This document shows positions 44,897 to 54,468 of a stretch of DNA of 64,000 nt, piece after piece. Source of the DNA: Chitinophagales bacterium (lineage in GTDB: Bacteria; Bacteroidota; Bacteroidia; Chitinophagales; LD1); NCBI GenBank assembly GCA_044228435.1, contig JBGAUW010000003.1, forward strand, positions 215,933-279,932. Direction: 5' to 3'. Positions within the stretch are counted from its first letter, which is position 1, and every line of letters starts with the position of its first letter. Both the position numbers and the translations under genes were made by a program. A model generated the notes under the pieces. The model made no database searches. It saw only the letters and a program-made list of their open reading frames with translations, and was not told the DNA's origin.

Positions 44897-46981
44897 TTAC
44901 TTCACAAACTTCCTCACCACCCTTTGCCTCTCATCGCTTAGCTGCAAAAAGTAAATACCGCTGGGCAGGGTGCTAACATCAATATCAAAGTTGGGCCGTG
45001 TAACAACAAAATCGGATATTACAACCATCCCTTGAACCGTCAGAATCTTTGCTGATAAATTGGAGCCATTTTTAATACGACAATATAGTTTTTCTGATGT
45101 GGGATTAGGATATAGGGTGATTTTTGAATTATCATTCAAATCACCAATGCCGGATATTACTATTTCATTGGAAAACGCGCTGCATCCATTTGTATCTATC
45201 ACTTCTACTAAATAAACACCAGCTTGTTCGGGAATATAAAAAGTTGATGTAGCCCCCTGTATCAGCGTATCGTTCAAATACCACTGGCAATTTTCGGCAT
45301 CGTAAACCTTTAGAGTATCTCGGCTTACGCTTACCGAAACGGATGGTTTGGAATATGAATTTATGGTCATTTGACCCGAAGCAGCCGTGCATCCGTTAGC
45401 ATCGGTAATTGTAAGCTGATAGGCACCCGGATAATTCGTTTTAATGCTACTGCTTGTCATTCCGTTGTTCCATAAATAGTTTGAGTAACCCGGCCTTCCG
45501 GATATAGCCACGCTATCGTTTGAACAGATGGATGCCGGGTCACTACTGATTGTTGTAATACCGGTTAAACAAATATGACTGGTATCGGTAAACTTTATTA
45601 TCCAATAATCAGAGGTTCTATTACTTGTATCTCGGTTGGCTTGGGTTTTATATCCATTTATACCAGCACAAGTTGAGTTAGCTATAAGATATCCCCCTTC
45701 GCGTGTTTCCAAGGCATAGCCCTCGACGAATTCATACTCCGAAAAGGTAAATATTGTTTTATCCCATTGTTTTACTCCGTTTAAATCTGTTTTTACAATC
45801 CATGTTTGCTCCAACCCAAGGTTATTCTCTGTTTTATCGCCGCTGGCGTTCGAAAACGAACTGCCCGCAAGCAAATATCCTCCATCGCTTGTTTGTGTCA
45901 GGCTTCCCAATTTTTCTTCCACGTTAAGCCCTCCGTATTTCTTATCCCATATTTTATTACCCGCCGAATCAATCTTCACTATCCAGTAATCTGCCCCTAA
46001 TTGACTATTTAAAGTCGCTGTATCTCCCATAGGCTCAGTTTTATCACCCTCATTGCCCGATTGCGAAATACCGCCCAGTATATAACCGCCGTCCCTTGTT
46101 TGGTGCAGGCAGGAAAGTAAATCTGCACGCAAGCCCCCAAAGCGCTTATCCCACTGCTTATTACCGGCAGAGTCAATTTTAACTATCCAGTAATCTTCCT
46201 CACCACGGCCCGGCTCTGTTACGTTTCCATCAGCCCTTGACTTTGATTCTCCCCCTAATATATATCCGTTATCGGTGGTTTGTTCAAGGCTGTAAAGAAT
46301 ATCCCTGTTAGTGCCCCCAAAGCGTTTATCCCACTCCTTATTTCCAACTGAATCAATTTTTACTACCCAATAGTCTGAAATATCTACCCCGTTCCAATAA
46401 GGTTCGCTTTTATCGCCGTCTGCGGGCGACATTGAAGCTCCGCCCAAGATATATCCCCCATCCCTGGTTTGTTTTAATGAAAGTAAATCATCTCCATATG
46501 TTCCGCCATAGCATTGGTCCCATTGTTTCTGCCCCGCTGAATCGATTTTTACGATCCAATAATCGTAGGTGTAAGAACCAAAAACCGCATCTGTTTTATC
46601 GCCGCTAATACCCGACATAGATGACCCACCTAAAATATAACCCCCATCATTAGTTGCTGCCGATGAAAAAAGGTAATCAGATCTGTATCCGCCAAAACTT
46701 TTATCCCATTGTTTATTACCTACCGAATCGATTTTTATTACCCAATAATCATCCATGCCGCGTGTAGATTCTGTGCGGTCACCACTACTGGAAGACAAAC
46801 TATGGCCGGCCAAAAAATACCCTCCATCTTTTGTTTGCAAAAGCGAAGAGAGTTTATCGTGCCCAAAACCGCCAAAGCGGGCATCCCAGTTTTTTACCAA
46901 TGGCGCTTGCGCGTGCAAACTGCCTAAGCAAGAAAAACAGAGGAGCAGGAATAAACAACACTGCCGGATTTTTTTCTTCAT
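44897..46981 (-). CDS. T9SS type A cargo protein with seven DYW(I/V)VKIDS.GNKQWDK.FGG repeats
   Basis: Signal peptide and seven ~52-aa repeats (beta-propeller-like). Also Ig-like Cys-containing modules (TITDANGC, VIDTNGC) and a type A CTD (LYPNPTSEKLY...GIYFLQLSD). Its start lies 2 nt after the stop of the upstream S8 gene. Confidence 0.8.
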   Translation of the reverse strand: MKKKIRQCCLFLLLCFSCLGSLHAQAPLVKNWDARFGGFGHDKLSSLLQTKDGGYFLAGHSLSSSSGDRTESTRGMDDYWVIKIDSVGNKQWDKSFGGYRSDYLFSSAATNDGGYILGGSSMSGISGDKTDAVFGSYTYDYWIVKIDSAGQKQWDQCYGGTYGDDLLSLKQTRDGGYILGGASMSPADGDKSEPYWNGVDISDYWVVKIDSVGNKEWDKRFGGTNRDILYSLEQTTDNGYILGGESKSRADGNVTEPGRGEEDYWIVKIDSAGNKQWDKRFGGLRADLLSCLHQTRDGGYILGGISQSGNEGDKTEPMGDTATLNSQLGADYWIVKIDSAGNKIWDKKYGGLNVEEKLGSLTQTSDGGYLLAGSSFSNASGDKTENNLGLEQTWIVKTDLNGVKQWDKTIFTFSEYEFVEGYALETREGGYLIANSTCAGINGYKTQANRDTSNRTSDYWIIKFTDTSHICLTGITTISSDPASICSNDSVAISGRPGYSNYLWNNGMTSSSIKTNYPGAYQLTITDANGCTAASGQMTINSYSKPSVSVSVSRDTLKVYDAENCQWYLNDTLIQGATSTFYIPEQAGVYLVEVIDTNGCSAFSNEIVISGIGDLNDNSKITLYPNPTSEKLYCRIKNGSNLSAKILTVQGMVVISDFVVTRPNFDIDVSTLPSGIYFLQLSDERQRVVRKFVK

Positions 46982-46983
46982 TG

Positions 46984-49900
46984 CTACATTTTTATCACTT
47001 TTACCGTTGCCTTGTATTTGGCGGTTTGTAGCCTGTAAAAATACATTCCCTGCGTTAACTCTTTAATAGAATGAGTTAGTTTTAACTTATTATCAGTAAC
47101 CATTCCGCTGTATACATCGGCTACTTTGCGGCCGGTTATATCAAATAAGCCGATAGTAACATGCTGCGGCGAATTAAAATCGGCTTCGATATAATTATAG
47201 GTAGACGTAAGCGTAGGAAATATTTTAAGGCTGCCGCTTTCGGGCACCTCTTTAACCGAGGTTACCAAAGTAGTATCTTCTATTAATACCGAAATGCTAA
47301 GATTGGCGTAATTTAATGAATAAACACTGTCTCCGGGGTACCAGGCCACAAAATTATTGTTGGTGTCTTTTAGTGCATAGTAATAACCGGCAAGGTAAGC
47401 ATCGCCAAATAAATTCCAGGCTACAGGTATAACATATTCCAGCGAGGATATCACATTGTCTTGATCGGGCGGGAGTAGCAATGTGGAAAGTGATGCATCT
47501 GTCCAATAGTCAACAATGATCTCGTTAGGGTTTAAATTATATCTTACAACGTGCTCGGCAAAATAAACATCGGCATGGTAATTTCCTTTGTTTATCCATA
47601 TACCATTTACATTCTGCACCGTTTCGGCTAAATAAACCGGCACGTTGGAGCTTTCCTTTGTATTGTATTTCGAGCCACCCTGATCGCTGAAATAATGGCG
47701 GATAGACCTTTCGGGTTTGTGCACGTAATAGAGGGCGGCTCCCGCATTTAAAAGCCCATGACCGGAAGAATCGTCATATCCTGCTGCACCCTTATCGGTA
47801 GCCGTTACTTCAATTATATGTTCTACATCTTCCGGCGTCAGGTTGCTTAAGCTATATGTTGTATCGTTATAGTAGCTGAGCAGCAAGGCAGCAACACCGG
47901 CCACATGGGGTGCGGCGGCAGAACTGCCATTGAAGGCCTTATAGCCCCCGCCGGTTTGGGTGGTGGTTACAATGTTTATCGAGCCCGGCGCTATTACGTC
48001 CATATCTTTGCCAAATGAGGTATTGAAAGCTCCCAGCACAGGGTTATTGCCCGTATTATTTACCACCGCCGTTTTGCCATTGTTGCCCGAAGCTCCAACG
48101 CTTAATACCCAGCCATCGTAATAGCAGGCGGGGTATTCTACTAATGTATCGCCTTCATTACCACGGCTGGCTACAAAAACACTGGCGCAGCGGTTAGCCA
48201 CATGTACAGCATCGCGCAACAATTCAATTACAGTGTCTTTAAATATACTTGGCGACTTAAACGGTCCTATCCCCCAACTGTTACTCATAATATTTAGTTT
48301 ATCCCCGGCGGAATTTAGGCTAAGCACTGCATTGTCTACAATGGCGCCATGAATATAAGATACAAAGGTAAGGGAATCGTATGGGAAAATTCGGTAGCCA
48401 TACATAGAAACTCCGGGGTTACCGCTTTGCATATCACCACCCGCAATTCCGGCGATGCCCTTGCTATTATTACGGTAGGCGCCAATTATGCCGCCGCATT
48501 TTGTGCCGTGGTCGCCGCGCCCAAAAGGAGAAGCAAAAATAGATACACCACTTCTTGTATAGTCTTTACCACTCTTTACTTTTATGCCTTGGCCACCCCC
48601 AAGGTCGGGGTGCATATAATCCAGCCCATCATCTAATACACCCACTCTTATATCTTCGCGGCCATTTACCAAATCCCAGGCAGGTTCAATATTGATACTT
48701 GCGCTATCGAAAGGGGAGATATAGTGAACTGAAATTTGCTGGGCAGCATACAGTGAATCATTCGCACCGGCCGTCTTTTTGCCTGCATAATCTGGATGCG
48801 CGTAAATGACGTAAGGAAATAGGTTCGATACTGCGTCTGCGAAATTAATCTCATTTACATCACTAGCGCTATAATCTAATGCGAAAGCAGCCCACAAGGC
48901 TGGTATTTTCACCTCTGTGCCTAACCGGCTTAATAACAGTGTATCATTGGGCGTTATTGATGAAAGTCTTACGAAGGTAGCCTCGTCTAAAGAAAAAGGT
49001 GCTATCGAATCCAATACGTGAAATGCAATGGAATCAAGGATTTGTGCCGGCGAAAAAAACTGACGTTCATTGTCCATGAGCAAATCTGTATTGATATTGG
49101 CTTCGTTGAATCGGATAAGAATCCTCTTTTTCATGAATAAGGGATTCGAAGCAGTATCGTACGTTACCTCTATTTTCTTTTCCAACTCCTTATACATCGC
49201 CGCAAAATACAAGGTGTCCGTTGGTCCCTCACTGCTGCCAATTACTAAGGTTTCTTCGCCGCCTGCAAAAAAGCCGGTAGCCCTGTCGTTGGTGCCTGCA
49301 CCGCGGTTGTAGGTTTTTAGCCAGCGCATATTGCCGCCTGTATCGTAGCTAATGGTTACCATATCAAAATCGGCCCCGTTATACTGGCGGCCGGCTACAT
49401 ACACATTGCCCTGCACCGGGCCGCCGCTCCAATCTCCTATTACCGCTTTGGCGCTTGTTTCCCAGGCAGGGTTGGGGTTGCTTAGCCTGCGTTCCCAATC
49501 GGTAGTGCCGCTGGTATCGTATTGGGCCGTTAGTATGTCCTTGCCGCCTGTAGCATTGTTGGCCGTACCGGTTATTACCAGTTTACCGTTAAAAAAGTTG
49601 TAGTCTAAATCTTCAGCCACATCGGGCAGCACACTATCGCCTAAAACTTTTACCCACACCTGGTGGCAGGCGGTATCGTATTTTATCAGTTTCAAATCGG
49701 TATTGCTGCCGCTTACCTGGCTGGTGCCCAATACATACAGGTTATCTTCATTATCCTTAATAATATCTATCGGGCGGCTAAAAGCGCCGCTGCCGTTGGC
49801 TGCGCGGTTTTGGTCGTGCAGGGCACCGGTAGAAGGCGAAAAAGTAGCCGTGGCAAAATCCCAACTGCCAAAACCACTACCCGAAAAGCCGGTAATGCTG

Positions 49901-50523
49901 ATATAAGTGCCAATTACAAGTCCTACGCCCCCATCGTAATAACCTGTGCTATCGTAGGTGCTTTTCCATTGCATGGTGCCGCTGCTGTTATACTTAATCA
50001 GGTTCATGCCATAATCTAAGCTGCCGGTTTGTTCAGTGCCCACCACATATACGTTACCCGCAGCATCTACCCGCACTTTGGCAGGGGCAGCATAGCCGCT
50101 GTAAGATGGGGTGTAGGTGGACCGCCACACTACCGAGCCATCGCTTTCCTTTATCTTCATGGTATTAAAGGTGCAAACGTTGGCACTATCAAGGGTAACG
50201 CCGGTGGCATAAATGTAGTTTTTATAATAGTAAATGTCGGTGCCCCAATCGCGGCCTGTAGTTATATCGTAGGTGGTGTCCCACAGCAGGTTGCCGGTAT
50301 TATCCAGCTTGGTTATTTGATAGTTTTCGAGGTTACTACCTATTTGCTGGCTTACCATTACATACAGGTTGCCGCTGGCATCTTTATCAAAGCTTAAAAG
50401 GCTATTGCCCTGGTAAGGCCCACCTATATCAAATACCTCTTGCTGGTTTACTAAGGTTTGGGTTTGGGCAGAAGTGATTAAAAAGAAAATACAAAGGGCT
50501 ACTAAAGTGCCGATGTTCTTCAT
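46984..50523 (-). CDS. S8 family (subtilisin-like) serine peptidase with N-terminal beta-propeller-like repeats and T9SS type A CTD
   Basis: Catalytic-triad-like motifs: VGVLDDGLD (Asp), GDHGTKCGGIIG (His) and FNGSSAAAPHVAGVAALL (Ser). CTD: IFPTLTSTYNYIE...GMYFYRLQT. I prefer the ATG at 50523 (MKNIGTLVALCIFF). Confidence 0.85.
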   Translation of the reverse strand: MKNIGTLVALCIFFLITSAQTQTLVNQQEVFDIGGPYQGNSLLSFDKDASGNLYVMVSQQIGSNLENYQITKLDNTGNLLWDTTYDITTGRDWGTDIYYYKNYIYATGVTLDSANVCTFNTMKIKESDGSVVWRSTYTPSYSGYAAPAKVRVDAAGNVYVVGTEQTGSLDYGMNLIKYNSSGTMQWKSTYDSTGYYDGGVGLVIGTYISITGFSGSGFGSWDFATATFSPSTGALHDQNRAANGSGAFSRPIDIIKDNEDNLYVLGTSQVSGSNTDLKLIKYDTACHQVWVKVLGDSVLPDVAEDLDYNFFNGKLVITGTANNATGGKDILTAQYDTSGTTDWERRLSNPNPAWETSAKAVIGDWSGGPVQGNVYVAGRQYNGADFDMVTISYDTGGNMRWLKTYNRGAGTNDRATGFFAGGEETLVIGSSEGPTDTLYFAAMYKELEKKIEVTYDTASNPLFMKKRILIRFNEANINTDLLMDNERQFFSPAQILDSIAFHVLDSIAPFSLDEATFVRLSSITPNDTLLLSRLGTEVKIPALWAAFALDYSASDVNEINFADAVSNLFPYVIYAHPDYAGKKTAGANDSLYAAQQISVHYISPFDSASINIEPAWDLVNGREDIRVGVLDDGLDYMHPDLGGGQGIKVKSGKDYTRSGVSIFASPFGRGDHGTKCGGIIGAYRNNSKGIAGIAGGDMQSGNPGVSMYGYRIFPYDSLTFVSYIHGAIVDNAVLSLNSAGDKLNIMSNSWGIGPFKSPSIFKDTVIELLRDAVHVANRCASVFVASRGNEGDTLVEYPACYYDGWVLSVGASGNNGKTAVVNNTGNNPVLGAFNTSFGKDMDVIAPGSINIVTTTQTGGGYKAFNGSSAAAPHVAGVAALLLSYYNDTTYSLSNLTPEDVEHIIEVTATDKGAAGYDDSSGHGLLNAGAALYYVHKPERSIRHYFSDQGGSKYNTKESSNVPVYLAETVQNVNGIWINKGNYHADVYFAEHVVRYNLNPNEIIVDYWTDASLSTLLLPPDQDNVISSLEYVIPVAWNLFGDAYLAGYYYALKDTNNNFVAWYPGDSVYSLNYANLSISVLIEDTTLVTSVKEVPESGSLKIFPTLTSTYNYIEADFNSPQHVTIGLFDITGRKVADVYSGMVTDNKLKLTHSIKELTQGMYFYRLQTAKYKATVKVIKM

Positions 50524-50918
50524 AGGTGGTGGGGTTTGGTAAACTAAATGTAGCTTATAAAGCATCAAAAACGACCCCTCATATATCATTAAATTGTTAA
50601 GCTTTGAATTGTGTGGGTTTTACAGGATAACCGGTAGGTTTGAGTGGGGATTGGGTAAAAAATAAATTTTGCGGTAGCCATACAAAGGAAATAAGGAGTG
50701 ACAATACTCTTTCAAGTAAGCATTATTTCATATCTTTGTATGACAGTAATGTTCTTTGATTTATTGGTTCTTTTATAAACACAAAAGCAGGTTTAAACTC
50801 ATTTTCTAGCGCTTGCCTTGTCCTAAATTAGGTTGACAAAAAAATGTTACGCCTTTACACACCGGTTATGCATTACTTATTTGATTACTAGTAGCTTAAA
50901 CCTAACGGTTAAAAAAAA

Positions 50919-50935
50919 AGTGTAACAGTTACACT
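50919..50935 (-). terminator. weak AT-rich hairpin followed by a T9 run (minus strand)
   Basis: AGTGTAA-cag-TTACACT, then TTTTTTTTT on the minus strand. It lies ~270 nt downstream of the SRPBCC gene. The stem has only 2 GC pairs. Confidence 0.35.
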
Positions 50936-51209
50936 TTCGCGGTTTTGTTCAAATCCTGGTGCTGAAAGTTGGTAAAAAACAAGCACAAAAATTGGCACAA
51001 TTTTTAAGCTATTTCTATTCAGCTTAAAGCAATATAATATATTGATAAAAAGGTTCTTATGGACAAATTAATAACCTCAAAAAGGTAGGCAGAAAAGTAG
51101 GCACAAAATGCACTAATAGGTATGTGTTTTCAGCTGTTTTATCCCAGCTTAAATATCAATGGCATTGTTCCGTTTTTCTTATCCATTATTCCAACATTCT
51201 AAGGCATTT

Positions 51210-51647
51210 TTACCGCTCGGCTATATCTTTAACGGCTAAAAATGCCTCCGGAAATGCCTTCTTGAAATACTCCACGTGGCTTTCCTCTATATCTACATTA
51301 CAGGTTAAAATGGTTTTGCCCTCTTTCTCTTCCAGGTAATATTCTTCCATAGCACCAGCCCATTTTTTACTCTCCTCGCTTTCCGGCTGTTCTACGCCAT
51401 TTTTTACATAGCCCAAATGCTTAAAAATCATTACTTCACCGGGGGCCGTCTTTTCAATTGTGCTATACATACCCTCGCCGGTGGCCGAAAGAAAATGAAC
51501 CCGGCTGCCTTTTTGCCAATCGGTTTTAGCATACCCTCCGCCACCAAAGGGGCGTGTCCATTCCGGATAGGTGGCGTCGTTCCACAATACATCCCACACT
51601 TTTTGTGCCGGGGCATTTATTTCAACATCAAAGGTTAGTTTTTGCAT
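51210..51647 (-). CDS. SRPBCC (START/AHSA1-like) domain protein
   Basis: 145-aa ORF with the typical start (..INAPAQKVWDVLWNDATYPEW) and the size of this family. Confidence 0.7.
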   Translation of the reverse strand: MQKLTFDVEINAPAQKVWDVLWNDATYPEWTRPFGGGGYAKTDWQKGSRVHFLSATGEGMYSTIEKTAPGEVMIFKHLGYVKNGVEQPESEESKKWAGAMEEYYLEEKEGKTILTCNVDIEESHVEYFKKAFPEAFLAVKDIAER

Positions 51648-51708
51648 GGTGCTGGCTTTAGTTTAATAAATAATCGGGTATAACCCCTAAAGCTAAAAAA
51701 ACGTGCCA

Positions 51709-52668
51709 TTACTTATGGGGGCTATTCAGAAGTTCAGCGTAAAGCGCCCTTATTTTCCCTAACAATACCTCGGCAATTTTCTGTTTGCTTTCGTGGGTCC
51801 AGCCCGCAACGTGCGGGGTAAGCAATACGCGCTTTTCGGCCAGCAAGGTATCAAATACTTTTTTCTCTTCACCGGTTAGGGTGCTTAGCTTTTCGTTCTC
51901 AAACACATCCAGCCCGGCGGCTTTTACTTTGCCTTCTGCAATGCACTTTAGCAAATCGGCAGTGCGCAACACCTTGCCCCGCGATATATTGATAAACCAG
52001 ATAGGTTTTTTAAATTGGGATAGAAAATTGTAATCTACCATATAGCGCGTCTCATCGGTTAACGGCAGGTGCAGACTAAGCACATCAGCGCTTTCAAAAA
52101 TCTGTTGCAGGGTAGCTTCTTTAACGTAGCCGGTGCTATAACCCTGCACATATTTATCGTAGGCCAGCACCTGCACATCAAAGCCCTGTAATACTTTGGC
52201 AAAGGCTTGTGCATTGTGCCCATAAGCTATAATGCCTACGGTTTTACCGGTTAGTTCATGGCCGCGGTTTTCTTCGCGCTTCCATTCGTAGTTTCTAATT
52301 TCTGCATCGGCCCTGCTTATATTGTTCATCAGGTTTAGCAGCATACCAAGGGCATGTTCGGCTACTGCGGTACGGTTACCTTCGGGCGAATTAAATGCGG
52401 CAATATTATTCTGCGCTGCGTAAGCCGTATCAATTACCTCTAAGCCCGAACCGGCACGGCAGATAAATTTAAGTTTAGTGCCGCGGTCTATTAGTTCCTT
52501 ACCGGCGTATACCCTGCTATTTATTACCAGGCCATCGTAAGCGGGTATAATGTCCAATACTTCTTCAGGCTTTATAGCCGGGCGATAATCCACCGTAAAG
52601 TCATCCTGCTCTAAGCCCTGCTTAAGCAAAGGGTGCACATCATCCGTAATTAATACCGCCGGTTTCAT
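51709..52668 (-). CDS. D-isomer-specific 2-hydroxyacid dehydrogenase family protein
   Basis: Has the NAD-binding region (GKTVGIIAYGHNA) and catalytic Arg/Glu/His context (INISRG, LDVFENE, LTPHVAGWT). I prefer the ATG at 52668 (MKPAVLITDD), 1 nt after the rsmA stop. Confidence 0.8.
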   Translation of the reverse strand: MKPAVLITDDVHPLLKQGLEQDDFTVDYRPAIKPEEVLDIIPAYDGLVINSRVYAGKELIDRGTKLKFICRAGSGLEVIDTAYAAQNNIAAFNSPEGNRTAVAEHALGMLLNLMNNISRADAEIRNYEWKREENRGHELTGKTVGIIAYGHNAQAFAKVLQGFDVQVLAYDKYVQGYSTGYVKEATLQQIFESADVLSLHLPLTDETRYMVDYNFLSQFKKPIWFINISRGKVLRTADLLKCIAEGKVKAAGLDVFENEKLSTLTGEEKKVFDTLLAEKRVLLTPHVAGWTHESKQKIAEVLLGKIRALYAELLNSPHK

Positions 52669-52669
52669 T

Positions 52670-53446
52670 TTACTTGATCGCTTGTTCAATTAAGTTGGTT
52701 AAATCCTGAAACTGTTTTACCGAAATTTGCTCGGGCCGCAAATTGAAAACCTCGTTACCGGCAATTTCTTTTCCACCGGTAAACTCTTTAAGGCTGTTGC
52801 GCATGGTTTTGCGACGCTGGTTAAAGGCAGCTTTTACCACGCGCTTAAAAAGCACCTCGTTGCAATCGGGCTTTTCGGTTTTGCGCTTCAGTTGTATTAT
52901 ACCACTCATTACCTTGGGTGGTGGGTCGAAGGCTTCGGGCTGCACATCAAACAGGTAATTGCAATCGTAATAAGTTTGTGTAAGCACACTGGTAACGCCG
53001 TAGTCTTTACTGCCGTGTTTAGCCGCAATGCGCAGGGCCACCTCTTTCTGAAACATGCCCGTCATCATCTCTACCTTATCCCGCTCATCAATTATTCTAA
53101 AAACAATTTGCGAGGAGATGTTGTAAGGAAAGTTACCTACTATATGCGTGGGGTGTTCCAGAAAACTTAAGTCGGTAGTCAAAAAATCCTGGTGGATGAT
53201 TTTGCCGCGCAGGCTTGGGTGGGCATGGCCCAGGTGTTCGGCCCAGCGGTCGTCTAACTCTACCACATAAAAAGCCGGGTGCTTTTGCGGCAGCAGGTAT
53301 TTGGTAAGGGCGCCCATGCCGGGGCCAATTTCTACTACGGTTTTATAAGGGCCTAAATCGCCAATGGCATCGGCAATTTTTTGCAGCACGCTTTCATCTT
53401 TCAGAAAGTGCTGCCCCAATGATTTTTTAAGGTGGAGGTTGCTCAC
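52670..53446 (-). CDS. rsmA: 16S rRNA (adenine1518/1519-N6)-dimethyltransferase
   Basis: KKSLGQHFL start, SAM motif (VVEIGPGMGALT) and the NFPYNISS motif. Confidence 0.9.
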   Translation of the reverse strand: MSNLHLKKSLGQHFLKDESVLQKIADAIGDLGPYKTVVEIGPGMGALTKYLLPQKHPAFYVVELDDRWAEHLGHAHPSLRGKIIHQDFLTTDLSFLEHPTHIVGNFPYNISSQIVFRIIDERDKVEMMTGMFQKEVALRIAAKHGSKDYGVTSVLTQTYYDCNYLFDVQPEAFDPPPKVMSGIIQLKRKTEKPDCNEVLFKRVVKAAFNQRRKTMRNSLKEFTGGKEIAGNEVFNLRPEQISVKQFQDLTNLIEQAIK

Positions 53447-53477
53447 GGGGGCGAATATAGCAAGCTGCGGACTAAAA

Positions 53478-54365
53478 TCAGGCCGCTACCGTGGCGGGCA
53501 CTTTCTTTTTAGCCTGCACATGCTGCCGCGAGGTTTTGCAAACCTTATCCCAAATAGACGATACCTCGCCGAAGTTGGCGTTTACATCGCTATGGTGTAT
53601 GTTGTGCCAGGCGCTGCTGTTTAAACCAACGCGGGGAAGCACACGCTCCAGCCAGTTAAACGTAACCCCGCAGTGCAGGTAAAGATTTAAAAACACAAAG
53701 CCCACAATGGCCGAAAAATAAAGCGGCGCAAAATGCTTGGCCGGCGGAAAACAAATAAGCAGCAGGGGCCAAAAGGTAAGCAGGGTTTCCAACGGCCCTA
53801 CGGCAAAGCCCGAAAAGGGGGTAGGGTCGCGAAAGGTATGGTGGTGCTTATGAAACGGAAAAAACATACGGGTATGCAGCAACCGGTGTTTCCAGTAGGT
53901 CATAGCATCTACTGCTATTATGCCCAGGTACATTTGCAGCACTACCATCCACCAGCTAAGGCCCATTTCTTCTACCGTCCACGCAAGCCCGGTGGGTAGG
54001 CCCATGCGATACATACCTACGGGCCAGGCCGCCATACACGATACTACAAACATAGCCCGTGTAGTGCCAAATGCCTCCATAGCAATAGGCGGCGTTTTTT
54101 TTCGCTGCCCCTGTATACGGGTGCCTTTGCGCTCCGAAAACCAATACATAAGTGTGCTGAACAGCAATAAAGGAATGGTAATAACCGCAAAAATGCGCCA
54201 CAGGCTATCGTAATAAATACGGGCGCTGGGGTGCAATAAACCCGATAGAAAGAAGGCTATAACAATAAAACCATCTACAAATGTAGCTACCTTATCGGGG
54301 CGAAAAACATGCTGCTTTACAAGGGTGGCCATGGTGGTGGGTTGATTTGAATCAAAGGTATACAC
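53478..54365 (-). CDS. fatty acid hydroxylase / sterol desaturase superfamily membrane protein (ERG3/ERG25-like)
   Basis: Three His boxes (HRLLH, HKHHH, HNIHH) and four or more hydrophobic helices. An alternative ATG start lies at 54332. Confidence 0.75.
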   Translation of the reverse strand: MYTFDSNQPTTMATLVKQHVFRPDKVATFVDGFIVIAFFLSGLLHPSARIYYDSLWRIFAVITIPLLLFSTLMYWFSERKGTRIQGQRKKTPPIAMEAFGTTRAMFVVSCMAAWPVGMYRMGLPTGLAWTVEEMGLSWWMVVLQMYLGIIAVDAMTYWKHRLLHTRMFFPFHKHHHTFRDPTPFSGFAVGPLETLLTFWPLLLICFPPAKHFAPLYFSAIVGFVFLNLYLHCGVTFNWLERVLPRVGLNSSAWHNIHHSDVNANFGEVSSIWDKVCKTSRQHVQAKKKVPATVAA

Positions 54366-54468
54366 TTTCGTTGCTTTTTAAAACACAGCACAATCTGATA
54401 ATTACCGTTTTATTATACCCTTGCGGCATTGCTGATTTTATATTTTAGCACCCTTAAAAATTAACAAT

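Noticed and set aside
50941-50970. tRNA-like T-loop word GTTCAAATCC, possibly a tRNA gene or an integrative-element att remnant
   Set aside because: The flanking 5-nt segments (TTTTG / CCTGG) do not pair as a T-stem. No acceptor stem or anticodon arm can be drawn, and no integrase is nearby.
50990-51010. Sigma-54-like TGGCAC word (TTGGCACAATTTTTAAGC), with a second GGCAC at ~51100
   Set aside because: The -12 element is missing or mis-spaced (GC is 2 nt off relative to TGGCAC-N5-TTGC). The orientation points into the 3' end of a minus-strand gene.
51210-51647. SRPBCC/START-like protein as a possible sterol-binding partner of the sterol cluster
   Set aside because: It lies 5 kb away, separated by unrelated housekeeping genes. 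The family is very broad, and nothing in the sequence ties it to sterols.
52727-53170. 147-aa plus-strand ORF inside rsmA
   Set aside because: It is a shadow ORF antisense to rsmA.
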